64,000 nt of DNA from the NCBI GenBank assembly GCA_012798435.1, contig JAAZNF010000113.1:24979-88978 (forward strand). Direction: 5' to 3'. A model generated the notes under the pieces. That model made no database searches, was not told the origin of the DNA, and was given only the letters and a program-made list of their open reading frames with translations. The DNA is from Myxococcales bacterium. GTDB taxonomy: Bacteria; Myxococcota; B64-G9. The number at the start of each line of letters is the position of its first letter. Position 1 is the first letter of the stretch. The translations under genes and the position numbers were made by a program. Below are positions 48,123-56,184 of the stretch, piece by piece.

Positions 48123-51029
48123 GTGAAGAAATTGCCGCTGTGGGCCGTGGTGCTGATCCTCGTTCCCGGCGCCGTCCTGGCGCAAGCGAACCGCGACATC
48201 TCGGACGAGGCGGAGGTGGAGTTCATCCTGGGCAACGACGCCTATCGCGACAAGGATTTCCGCAAGGCGTTGTCGCATTACTTCGCCTCCAACCGGCTGG
48301 CGCCCAACCGCAACGTGCGCTTCAACATCGCACGCTGCTACGAGCAGCTGCACCAGTACGTCGAGGCCTTCCGCTACTACCAGAGCTGCGACACGCCCGA
48401 GCAGACGCCGGACGAGCGCGCCGCGTTGCAGAAGGCGCTCAAGGCGGTGCGGCCGTTCGTGGGCCTGGTGCGGGTGGAGACCGAACCCCCCGGGGCTAGC
48501 GTGTTCCTCAAGCGCCGCGACCTCGGCAGCCGCGGCGTCTCGCCGTTGCTCCTGGCGGTGCCGCCGGGCAAGGCGCGGGTGCTGCTGGAGCTTGCGGGCT
48601 ACGAAGCGCACACGCTGGAGGTCAAGCCGGAGGCGGGACAGGAGATCCCGGTCCGAGTCGCGCTGAAACGCATCCTGGGCGAGCTGCGGGTACAGGGCCA
48701 GCCGTCGGGCGCCATGGTGCGGGTCGAGGATCCGGCCGGCCCGCAGAGCGCGGTGCTGCCGGCGGTCTTCCAGGTCTCGCCCGGTACCCGGGCCGTGACC
48801 GTGAGCCGCGATGGTTATCAGCCGCAGGCGCTCAGCGCGACGGTGGAGGCGGGGAGAGCCGTCACCGTCGAGGTCAACCTGGTCCCGCAGACCGGCACGC
48901 TGGTGGTCCAGGCCGACGAGCGCGACGCGCTCATCTTCACCGACGGCAAGCCCTCGGGTTTCACTCCGGCGGTCATCGACAACCTGCTGGCCGGAGACCA
49001 CGAGCTGCTGCTCAAGCTGGAAGGGTTCCGGCCGCACCGGCAGTCGGTGCAGGTCAAGCCCGACGAACGGGTGGTGGCCGAGATCAACCTGGAGGTGGCC
49101 GAGGACGTGGCCGCGGCCTCCCGTGCGCTGGAGACGGTCCAGAGCGCCCCGGCCTCCATCAGCCTGGTCGGCCGACGGGAGATCGAATCCTTCGGGTACG
49201 AGTCGTTGGCCGACGCCATCTCGGGCGTGCGGGGTATCTTCCTCTCCGATGACGGGACCTACCTGTACGCCGGGGTGCGCGGCTTCTCTCCCTTCGGCCA
49301 GTACGGCAACCGGGTGCAGGTGCAGCTCGACGGCCACACCCTGAACGACGACTGGATCGGGCAGTCCTACCTGGAGTTCGATGTGCTTTCCGATCTGGCG
49401 GCCCTGGATCGCATCGAGGTCCTGCGCGGGCCCGGATCGGCGCTGTACGGCACGGGAGCCTTCTTCGGCGTGATCAACCTGGTCAGCCGCGCCGGCGTCC
49501 CCAACGAAGCGGTGCGGGCCGGCATCGGCCGCCTCTCGGACGGGGTGCTGCGCCTGACCGTCGGCGGCGGCGCGAAACTGGGCGAGGACGGTGGTTTCTG
49601 GATCTCGGCGGGTGGGGTGAAATCCCAGGGCGCGGACTACTACTCGCCCGCCCAGGTGGGGAACCCGGCCGCCCCGGACGGGGTGGCCCGCTCGGCCGGG
49701 GCCTTCGAGGCCAACTCGGTGCTGGGCCGCTTCTTCTGGCGGTTCCTCACCCTGGAGGGCTACTTCAACCAGCGCGACAAACACATCCCCAACGGCGCCC
49801 TCAACACCGCCTTCGGCGACGAGCGCGCCCGGCAGTACGACGGGCGCTCGTTTGTCGAGCTCAGGGCCGAGCCGGAGCTCACGAGCTGGCTGCAGTTGCT
49901 CTCTCGCGTTTACGCCGACCACTACGACTACCAGGGCGTGTATCCCGACGCCGCCGACCCCAGTGCCGTGGCCGCCGAGGCCATGTCCAGCACCTGGCTG
50001 GGCGCCGAGCTGCGCCTGCTGGCCCGCCCCCTGGACGGGCTGCGCCTCACCGCCGGCTCGGCCTACGAGTATCACCTGAGCAACCGTGCCCATGGCGCGT
50101 ACTCCGGCGAGGCCCCCTACTATGACGAGGACCATCCCTTCCACTTGCTCTCGGCCTACGCCGTCGCCGATTGGACGCCGTGGCCGGCGCTGACCGTCTC
50201 CGCGGGCTTGCGCTTCGACGGCTGGTGGATCTCGGACTTGCCCGAAAGCGGTGGCGGCCAGCGGGAGCGATTCTTGTCGGCGTTCTCTCCCCGTGCGGCC
50301 TTGATCGCCCGCCCCTGGAAGAATGGCACCTTCAAGCTGATGGGCGGCCGCGCCTTCCGGGCACCCTCGGCCTACGAGCTGACCTACTGGGACGGCGGCC
50401 GGACGCAGATCCAGAGCCCCGACCTTTCGCCCGAGAACATCTGGAGCGCGGAGCTGGAGTACGGCCACCGGCTCCCCGGCGGCTTCTGGATCACCTCGGC
50501 GGTCTTCATGAACTTCATCCTCGACCTGATCGAGCAGCGCGGCAGCGGAACCGCGGCCGATCCTTTCCGGCTGGTCAACCGCGACGGAGAGGTGCTGGGC
50601 CTGGGCGGCGAGCTCGAGCTGCGGCGCGAGTTCCGCCAGGGCTGGATGGCGGCGGCGCAGCTCTCCTTCCAGCACACGCGCAACCGCGGCGCGCTCGCCC
50701 CGGGGGAGTCGGCCGAGCTGGTCAACTCGCCGGCGCTGCTGGGGTCGCTCAAGCTGGTGGTGCCGCTGCACCACCCCGAGCTGCGGCTGGCTTCCCGGGT
50801 CGGCGTCGAGTCCGGGCGGCTGCGCCGCGATGGCTCGCGCGGGGAGGCCGCGGTGATGTGGGATGTGACATTGTCCGGCGAGGTGCGCGCGCTCCACCTG
50901 CGCTACGCGGCGGGCGTGCGGAATCTTCTGGACTGGCAGGCGGGCTACCCCGCCAGCGAGGAGATCGCCGATCTCACCGTGCCGCGCCGTCCGCTGCAGC
51001 TCTTCGCCGACCTCAACTTCTGGTTCTAG
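48123..51029 (+). CDS. TonB-dependent receptor with a ~330-aa N-terminal extension (TPR-like + three PEGA domains)
   Basis: GTG 48123 lies 3 nt after the kinase stop. The signal peptide is MKKLPLWAVVLILVPGAVLA. The three PEGA units are VETEPPGASVFL, VQGQPSGAMVRV and VVQADERDALIFTDGKPSG. The plug shows RIEVLRGPGSALYGTGAFFGVINLVS. A beta-barrel follows, ending LNFWF. Confidence 0.85.
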   Translation: MKKLPLWAVVLILVPGAVLAQANRDISDEAEVEFILGNDAYRDKDFRKALSHYFASNRLAPNRNVRFNIARCYEQLHQYVEAFRYYQSCDTPEQTPDERAALQKALKAVRPFVGLVRVETEPPGASVFLKRRDLGSRGVSPLLLAVPPGKARVLLELAGYEAHTLEVKPEAGQEIPVRVALKRILGELRVQGQPSGAMVRVEDPAGPQSAVLPAVFQVSPGTRAVTVSRDGYQPQALSATVEAGRAVTVEVNLVPQTGTLVVQADERDALIFTDGKPSGFTPAVIDNLLAGDHELLLKLEGFRPHRQSVQVKPDERVVAEINLEVAEDVAAASRALETVQSAPASISLVGRREIESFGYESLADAISGVRGIFLSDDGTYLYAGVRGFSPFGQYGNRVQVQLDGHTLNDDWIGQSYLEFDVLSDLAALDRIEVLRGPGSALYGTGAFFGVINLVSRAGVPNEAVRAGIGRLSDGVLRLTVGGGAKLGEDGGFWISAGGVKSQGADYYSPAQVGNPAAPDGVARSAGAFEANSVLGRFFWRFLTLEGYFNQRDKHIPNGALNTAFGDERARQYDGRSFVELRAEPELTSWLQLLSRVYADHYDYQGVYPDAADPSAVAAEAMSSTWLGAELRLLARPLDGLRLTAGSAYEYHLSNRAHGAYSGEAPYYDEDHPFHLLSAYAVADWTPWPALTVSAGLRFDGWWISDLPESGGGQRERFLSAFSPRAALIARPWKNGTFKLMGGRAFRAPSAYELTYWDGGRTQIQSPDLSPENIWSAELEYGHRLPGGFWITSAVFMNFILDLIEQRGSGTAADPFRLVNRDGEVLGLGGELELRREFRQGWMAAAQLSFQHTRNRGALAPGESAELVNSPALLGSLKLVVPLHHPELRLASRVGVESGRLRRDGSRGEAAVMWDVTLSGEVRALHLRYAAGVRNLLDWQAGYPASEEIADLTVPRRPLQLFADLNFWF

Positions 51030-51040
51030 GGAGACGACCC

Positions 51041-51487
51041 ATGAGCACACTGCTTTCACACCTGCCGCTTCCCGAAAGACGCGCCGAGATCGTGGCGGCC
51101 TGCCGCGACCTGCTGGAGAGCGAGGTCAGTCGCAAGAGCGGCTTGAGCGGGTTCGCGGTCAAGGCCGGGTACGGCGCGCTCAAGGCCATCAAGCCGGGCG
51201 TGGTGCCGGAGGCCATCGACGGTCTGCTCGACGATTTTCTGGCCGCGCTGGAGGAGCTGCACGCCGAGCACGTCGCCGCCCCCGCCGGCTCGTTCGGCGG
51301 CCGCATGAAGCGCGAGGCGCCGCGGGTGGCCGAGGCCCTGCTGCGCGTCACCGACCGGCGCGCCGAGCAGAGCAAGCACGGCACCCTGCGCGGCCTGTAC
51401 CGCAAGCTCCGCCCCTCCGCCCTGCGCAACGTGGAGGAGGCGGTACCGGGGCTGGCGGACCTGGTCGACCGATACTACCGGCCCTGA
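51041..51487 (+). CDS. Hypothetical cytoplasmic helical protein
   Basis: It starts 11 nt after the receptor stop, has coding-like third-position GC, and encodes 148 aa. I recognise no family. Confidence 0.5.
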   Translation: MSTLLSHLPLPERRAEIVAACRDLLESEVSRKSGLSGFAVKAGYGALKAIKPGVVPEAIDGLLDDFLAALEELHAEHVAAPAGSFGGRMKREAPRVAEALLRVTDRRAEQSKHGTLRGLYRKLRPSALRNVEEAVPGLADLVDRYYRP

Positions 51488-51524
51488 CCCTCCCGGCAAC
51501 TGGAATGTTCGGTAGCGTAAATGC

Positions 51525-51557
51525 GCGCCCGGCCTGGCGCATTCTCGAGCCGGGCGC
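51525..51557. terminator. 9-bp GC hairpin between convergent genes (possible bidirectional terminator, no clear U-tract)
   Basis: GCGCCCGGC (51525-51533) pairs with GCCGGGCGC (51549-51557) around a 15-nt loop. Confidence 0.25.
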
Positions 51558-51622
51558 CTGGTTGCAAAGCCGCAACAACCAGGGTGAGCGGGGGATGCGA
51601 AGATGCGCGATCGTCGACCGGG

Positions 51623-52333
51623 TTAGCCGGTGGGGGTGGAGGAGAAGAACGCCCGCTGGGAGCCGCTGGCCGGACGCAGGGCCGGCTTCTTCCAGGCGCG
51701 TCGGGCCGCGGCGGCGGGCTTGCTTCTCGGACGCGGCGCACCGTCCTCGAGCTCTCGCACCCGCTCCACGGCGGCCTGGAGCGCGCGCTGGCGTAGCTCG
51801 ATCTGCTGGCGCGCCCAGGCCAGCTCGGACTCCACCTGCTTGAGCCGCTGAAGCTGTTTTTCCAGCTCGCTGGCACGGGCGGCGCGCTCCTCCGCCTTGC
51901 GCATACGTTCCTCGGCCTCCTTCACCTTGGTCCGGGCCTCGCTGAGCTCCATTTCGAAGCGGTTGCGCTCGAGTGGGGTGGTGGCGGTCTTGAACTGCTG
52001 GTCGATGAGAGACTGCTTGGTGAGCTGCTGCTGGTGAGTGAGGCGCACCACCTGCTCCAAGAGCTCCTTGGCCCGCTCCTGACACTCCTGGAGCTCCTTG
52101 CGGGTGCTGGACTCCTTGGCCATCCAGCGCAAGCGTTCCTCGCGAAGCTGGACGAGCTCCTGCTCCAGGGCCGCCTTCTCCCGAGACCACTCGATCTCCC
52201 GGCGGGCAGCGGCGTCCTCGAGCTCTCGGACTTTGCGCCGCATGTCAGACGTCCCCGGGGGCTCCCCCAGCACCCGGCCGATGGTCTGCCACATCCGCTC
52301 CTCCAGCATCGACTTGATCCGACGGATATCCAT
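51623..52333 (-). CDS. Coiled-coil protein, unknown function
   Basis: It is E/R/K/Q/L-rich heptad-like sequence (ELEDAAARREIEWSREKAALEQELVQLREERL...). The start is uncertain, either 52333 or an internal Met at 52243, because 52245-52333 overlaps the dus 3' end. Confidence 0.5.
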   Translation of the reverse strand: MDIRRIKSMLEERMWQTIGRVLGEPPGTSDMRRKVRELEDAAARREIEWSREKAALEQELVQLREERLRWMAKESSTRKELQECQERAKELLEQVVRLTHQQQLTKQSLIDQQFKTATTPLERNRFEMELSEARTKVKEAEERMRKAEERAARASELEKQLQRLKQVESELAWARQQIELRQRALQAAVERVRELEDGAPRPRSKPAAAARRAWKKPALRPASGSQRAFFSSTPTG

Positions 52334-53315
52334 GGGTTGACCTCGCAGAAATCACAGGGGCATCCGAACCAGAGATTCCCAGCAGGCGCGAGAACTCATA
52401 GAGCAATTGCTCGGGCCTGTCCAGCGTTTGCAGCTGCACCCGCAGCGCCGCCCCTCCCGGAAGCCCCCGGGTGTAGGCGACCAGGTGTTTTCGCATGTTT
52501 CGCGCCGCGCGGCGTGGGTCGTTGTAGAAGCGCACCATCGCCTCGAGGTGCCGGTGAAAGACCCGCAAGCGCTCGTACCCGTCCAGGCGGACGGGGCGGC
52601 CGGCCAGCGCCGAGAAGATCCACGGGTTCCCCAGCGCAGCGCGCCCGATCATGACGCCGGCGCAGCCGGTCTCGCGACGCAGGCGCTCGGCGTCTTGCGG
52701 CGTGCGGACGTCGCCGTTCCCCACCACCGGGATGGCGAGCGCGCGCACCAGGGTGGCGACCAGGCTCCAGTCGGCGGCGCCGCCGTAGAACTGGTCTCGG
52801 GTGCGTGGGTGGAGGGTGACGGCGTCCGCCCCGGCGCCTTCTAGGCGCCGCGCGAGCTCTACCGCGTTCTTCTCGCCGGCGGACCAGCCGGCGCGCATCT
52901 TGACCGTGAGCGGCACGCGCAGCACCCTCCGCATGGCCGAGACGATGCGCTCGGCCCGCTCCGGCTCGCGCATAAGCGCGGCCCCGGCGCCGCCGCCCAC
53001 GATCTTGCGCATGGGGCAGCCCAGGTTGAGATCCACCCCGTCGAAGTCCAGCCCGGCGCACACCTCGGCGGCCGCCGCCAGCCGCTCCGGCTCGCGCCCG
53101 AACAGCTGGGCGAAGATGGGCCGCTCCTGCGGCGAGAAGCGAAGTAGCTCCCGGCTCCCCCGCTGGCGGCGCAGCAACCCCTCGGCCGAGACCATCTCGG
53201 TGAAGACCAGCGCGCAGCCCGCTTCCCGCGCCAGCGTCCGCAGCGGCGAGTCGGAGAAGCCCGCCATCGGGGCTAGCATCACCGCCGGTTCGAGGGATAG
53301 ACCACGTAGCCTCAT
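52245..53315 (-). CDS. dus: tRNA-dihydrouridine synthase
   Basis: Motifs are MLAPMAGFSDSPLRTLARE, DLNLGCPMRKI (catalytic Cys), VTLHPRT and VVGNGDV. The start is set at MRLRGLS, with an ATGA overlap with the upstream MBL gene. Confidence 0.9.
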   Translation of the reverse strand: MRLRGLSLEPAVMLAPMAGFSDSPLRTLAREAGCALVFTEMVSAEGLLRRQRGSRELLRFSPQERPIFAQLFGREPERLAAAAEVCAGLDFDGVDLNLGCPMRKIVGGGAGAALMREPERAERIVSAMRRVLRVPLTVKMRAGWSAGEKNAVELARRLEGAGADAVTLHPRTRDQFYGGAADWSLVATLVRALAIPVVGNGDVRTPQDAERLRRETGCAGVMIGRAALGNPWIFSALAGRPVRLDGYERLRVFHRHLEAMVRFYNDPRRAARNMRKHLVAYTRGLPGGAALRVQLQTLDRPEQLLYEFSRLLGISGSDAPVISARSTHGYPSDQVDAGGADVADHRPGAGGAPGDV

Positions 53316-54229
53316 GCGCCCGCCCCCGCCTCGCGCAGCACCACCCGGATCATGGCCTCCAGGTTGACGCGGAAGGCGTGCCGGGGCTGTAGCTCGGCCA
53401 GGCCGTGGCGCAGCGCAGGCTCGAGCGCGTCCGCGATGGCGGCCGGCTCGTGTCCCCGGGCGGCGTGCGACAGCACTCGATCGCGAAACTCCTGGGCGCA
53501 GCGGATGGCCACCGCGAAGTGGCGCCGGGCGTCCTCGCCGGTCAGCAGGCCGTGGTGCGGCAGGGCGATGGTCGTGAAGGGCAGCGCGGACAGGCGGCGC
53601 AGGCTGGCCAGGTAGTCCGCCAGCGAGCTCGAGAACTGCGCCTGCACCTCGTCGGGACCCACGTAGGAGCCCAGGGCCTCGCCGCCGAACAGGACGCCGT
53701 CCGGCCGGACCAGAAAGCACATGGAGTCCTTGGTGTGCCCCGGCGCGTCGTGGGCGCTCACCGTCACCCCCCCGCCCAGGTCCAGCTCGTCCCCGTCGCA
53801 GAGCTCCCGCTCCACGCGCAGATCGGCCGCCGAGAGCAACTCCGCGGCGTCGGGGCCCGCGAAGCCGTAGTTCGCGTGATCCTTGCGGTTCATTTCGATG
53901 ATGTAGGAGACGACCTTCTCGCGCCGCAGCACCTCGGCGGCCAGGCGGGAGGCGGCGGCGCGGATGCCGGGCACCCGGCGGCGTAGGATGCCCAGGCCGC
54001 CCACGTGGTCGTAGTGCGAATGGGTGAGCAGCACCCACTCCGGGCGCAGACCGGATGGGCCGAAGCGCTCTTCGAACAGCGACAGCAGCGCGGTCACCCC
54101 GGCGTCGATGAGGGCGCCCTGACGCCCCCGCACGAAAAAGAACGGAAAGGCCATCGAGCCGAGGGTGACGACGTGCTCCGAGACCTTATCTTGCGGTTGA
54201 CTCCACACCGTTTTCTCCAGACGGCGCAT
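53312..54229 (-). CDS. MBL-fold metallo-hydrolase
   Basis: Motifs are LLTHSHYDHVGG (HxHxDH) and DAPGHTKDS. The start is set at MRRLEKTVWS (54229). Confidence 0.8.
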   Translation of the reverse strand: MRRLEKTVWSQPQDKVSEHVVTLGSMAFPFFFVRGRQGALIDAGVTALLSLFEERFGPSGLRPEWVLLTHSHYDHVGGLGILRRRVPGIRAAASRLAAEVLRREKVVSYIIEMNRKDHANYGFAGPDAAELLSAADLRVERELCDGDELDLGGGVTVSAHDAPGHTKDSMCFLVRPDGVLFGGEALGSYVGPDEVQAQFSSSLADYLASLRRLSALPFTTIALPHHGLLTGEDARRHFAVAIRCAQEFRDRVLSHAARGHEPAAIADALEPALRHGLAELQPRHAFRVNLEAMIRVVLREAGAGA

Positions 54230-54308
54230 TGTAGCCGGTCCGGTCGAATGGCGCAACGGATTGCGCCGAAGTAGTTTTTCTGGCCAAGCGGGACTTGGCT
54301 CCGGTATC

Positions 54309-55625
54309 ATGCGCGGCATGGTCGCCGGGCTCATCTTGTTTCTTGCGCTGCCGATCTCCGGGCCGGTGGAGCCGTTCGAGCTTCTCCGCACGCTCGCCCA
54401 GGCGCTCGCCGAAGACCCCGCCGTCTCCCCGGCTCAGGATTTGGCGAGCGAGCCGCACGAAGAGGACGGCGAGCTGGACATCGTGGAGAAGGCCGAGGAA
54501 CTCGCGGTCCCGAACGAAGAGGAGGTTCTTTCCGAGAAGACCACCGGGGCTGCGGCGGTAGAGGCAGAGGCGTCTCTTCCAGATGCCCAGGCAGGCGCGG
54601 ACCTCGGGCCGGACAACCAGATCCCTCTCATCCGCAACGAGATGGTGGAGCGGGGCCTGCAATTTTGGCAGAGCCCGCGCATCCGGCCCGTGTTCGCCCG
54701 CTGGCTGGGCCGCACCAGCCGGTACTTCCCCCTCGTTCACGACATCCTCGAACGCCACGGGCTCCCGCGCGAGCTGGCCGCGGTGGCCCTGATCGAAAGC
54801 GGCCTGTATTACGCGGCGGTGTCCAGGGCGAGCGCCACCGGGCCCTGGCAGTTCATCCGGGGCACCGCGCAGCGGTACGGGCTCAAGGTGGACTTCTGGG
54901 TGGACGAGCGGCGCGACATCGCGCGGGCCACCGAGGCCGCGGCCGAGCACCTTTCGGACCTGTACGTCGAGTGGGACGACTGGTACCTGGCCTTCGCCGC
55001 CTACAACGCGGGGACGGGCGCCATCGAGCGCGCGGTGCGGAAGACCGGCACCCGCGATTTCTTCGAGCTGGCCAGCGGTCGCGCCCTCAGCCGGGAGACC
55101 CGCATGTACGTCCCCAAGATCCTGGCGGCGGCGCTCATCCTCCAGGACCCGGCGAAGTACGGGTTCGGCGACGTGGATTTTCAACCGCCCCTGGAATGGG
55201 AAGAGGTCGAGGTGCCGGGCATGGCCGACCTGCGGGCCGCCGCGCGCGCGGTGAGCATCTCGCCCGAAGCCATGCAGGAGCTCAACCCCGAGCTGCGCTA
55301 CTGGTGCAGCCCGCCCTACCGCGAACGCTACCGTCTGCGCGTTCCCAAGGGAAGCGCCGCGCGCTTCTTCGAGAACTACCATCCCGAGGTACGGGATCAC
55401 CGCACCACCTTCGCCCGGCACCGGTTGCAGAGCGGCGAGACGTTGAGCCACCTGGCCCTGGCCTACCACACCTCGGTCGACGCCATCATGGCCGCAAACG
55501 GCATCAGCAACCCCCGGCGCATCCGTGCGGGGAAGCTACTGCTCGTTCCGGTCCAACCTTGCGGCAACCCGGCGCCCGGGGCGAAAACGGCTCAAAATAC
55601 CTCCAAGGAGAAGAAGTCCCGTTGA
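54309..55625 (+). CDS. Lytic transglycosylase (MltD-like: SLT domain + C-terminal LysM)
   Basis: SLT motifs are AVALIESGLYYAAVSRASATGPWQF and AAYNAG. The LysM is HRLQSGETLSHLALAYHTSVDAIMAANGISNPRRIRAGKLLLVP. The start is either 54309 or 54318. Confidence 0.85.
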   Translation: MRGMVAGLILFLALPISGPVEPFELLRTLAQALAEDPAVSPAQDLASEPHEEDGELDIVEKAEELAVPNEEEVLSEKTTGAAAVEAEASLPDAQAGADLGPDNQIPLIRNEMVERGLQFWQSPRIRPVFARWLGRTSRYFPLVHDILERHGLPRELAAVALIESGLYYAAVSRASATGPWQFIRGTAQRYGLKVDFWVDERRDIARATEAAAEHLSDLYVEWDDWYLAFAAYNAGTGAIERAVRKTGTRDFFELASGRALSRETRMYVPKILAAALILQDPAKYGFGDVDFQPPLEWEEVEVPGMADLRAAARAVSISPEAMQELNPELRYWCSPPYRERYRLRVPKGSAARFFENYHPEVRDHRTTFARHRLQSGETLSHLALAYHTSVDAIMAANGISNPRRIRAGKLLLVPVQPCGNPAPGAKTAQNTSKEKKSR

Positions 55626-55795
55626 AGGTATTCCCGAAAGACCATTCGCCAATTGAGTGATTTTTTCAGGGCCTGTCCCCACTTTTTATTTGTATTTGCT
55701 TCATGTTGCAGTATCTACAGAAGTAATCCAGAAAGGGCAGGGGAAGCACGTTACATATTGTCATGGCAATATATGCGTTGTATTGCATTTTTATC

Positions 55796-55825
55796 TTGAC
55801 AACATCCCTTATCTCTGTCTAACTT
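55796..55825 (+). promoter_or_regulatory. Candidate sigma70-type promoter of the HU gene within an AT-rich island
   Basis: Perfect TTGACA (55796-55801), an 18-nt spacer, then TAACTT (55820-55825). RBS GAGGAGGG precedes ATG 55855. Confidence 0.4.
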
Positions 55826-55854
55826 CAAAACAACTTTTTCCAGAGGAGGGAAAA

Positions 55855-56130
55855 ATGACCAAGCAGGAACTCATCAACGCCATCGCCAAGAACAACCCGT
55901 GGGGACTGACCAAAAAGGCCACCAGCGAGGTGATCGCCTCGGTCTTCAACAACATCCAGAAGGCCATCAAGTCGGCCCGCCGCTTCACCTACCCCGGCTT
56001 CGGCACCTGGAACGTCCGCAACCTCAAGGCCCGCAAGGGGATGAACCCCAAGACCAAGAAGCCCATCACCATCAAGGCCTCCAAGACCGTGCGCTTCCGG
56101 CCCTCCAAGGACCTCAAGCACAGCCTGTAG
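55855..56130 (+). CDS. HU-family nucleoid-associated DNA-binding protein
   Basis: MTKQELINAIAK...FGTWNVRNLKARKGMNPKTKKPITIKASKTVRFRPSKDLK is the classic HU/IHF fold signature (G-F-G-x-F, R-N-P-x-T), in a 91-aa protein. Confidence 0.93.
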   Translation: MTKQELINAIAKNNPWGLTKKATSEVIASVFNNIQKAIKSARRFTYPGFGTWNVRNLKARKGMNPKTKKPITIKASKTVRFRPSKDLKHSL

Positions 56131-56155
56131 AGCCTCTCGATCGAGATGGAGAGCA

Positions 56156-56184
56156 CCCCGGGACGTCTTCCCGGGGTTTTTTTT
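56156..56184 (+). terminator. Rho-independent terminator after the HU gene
   Basis: The stem is CCCCGGGA (56156-56163) pairing with TCCCGGGG (56169-56176), with loop CGTCT, followed by T8 (56177-56184). The T-run overlaps the stop codon of the convergent moeA-fusion gene. Confidence 0.7.

Noticed and set aside
55764-55779. TGGCAA...GC motif upstream of the HU gene as a sigma54 promoter. A similar case is TGGCAAgcggacGCC at 9554-9568.
   Set aside because: The GG-to-GC spacing is off by 2 nt (HU) and 1 nt (9554) from the strict -24/-12 geometry, and the TTGC element is missing. Sigma70-type hexamers fit better at both sites.
55626-55854. AT-rich island as an insertion scar, mobile element end or genomic-island border.
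   Set aside because: It has no flanking direct or inverted repeats, no integrase or transposase, and no tRNA. The flanking genes are core-type (lytic transglycosylase, HU). Promoter architecture explains it more simply.
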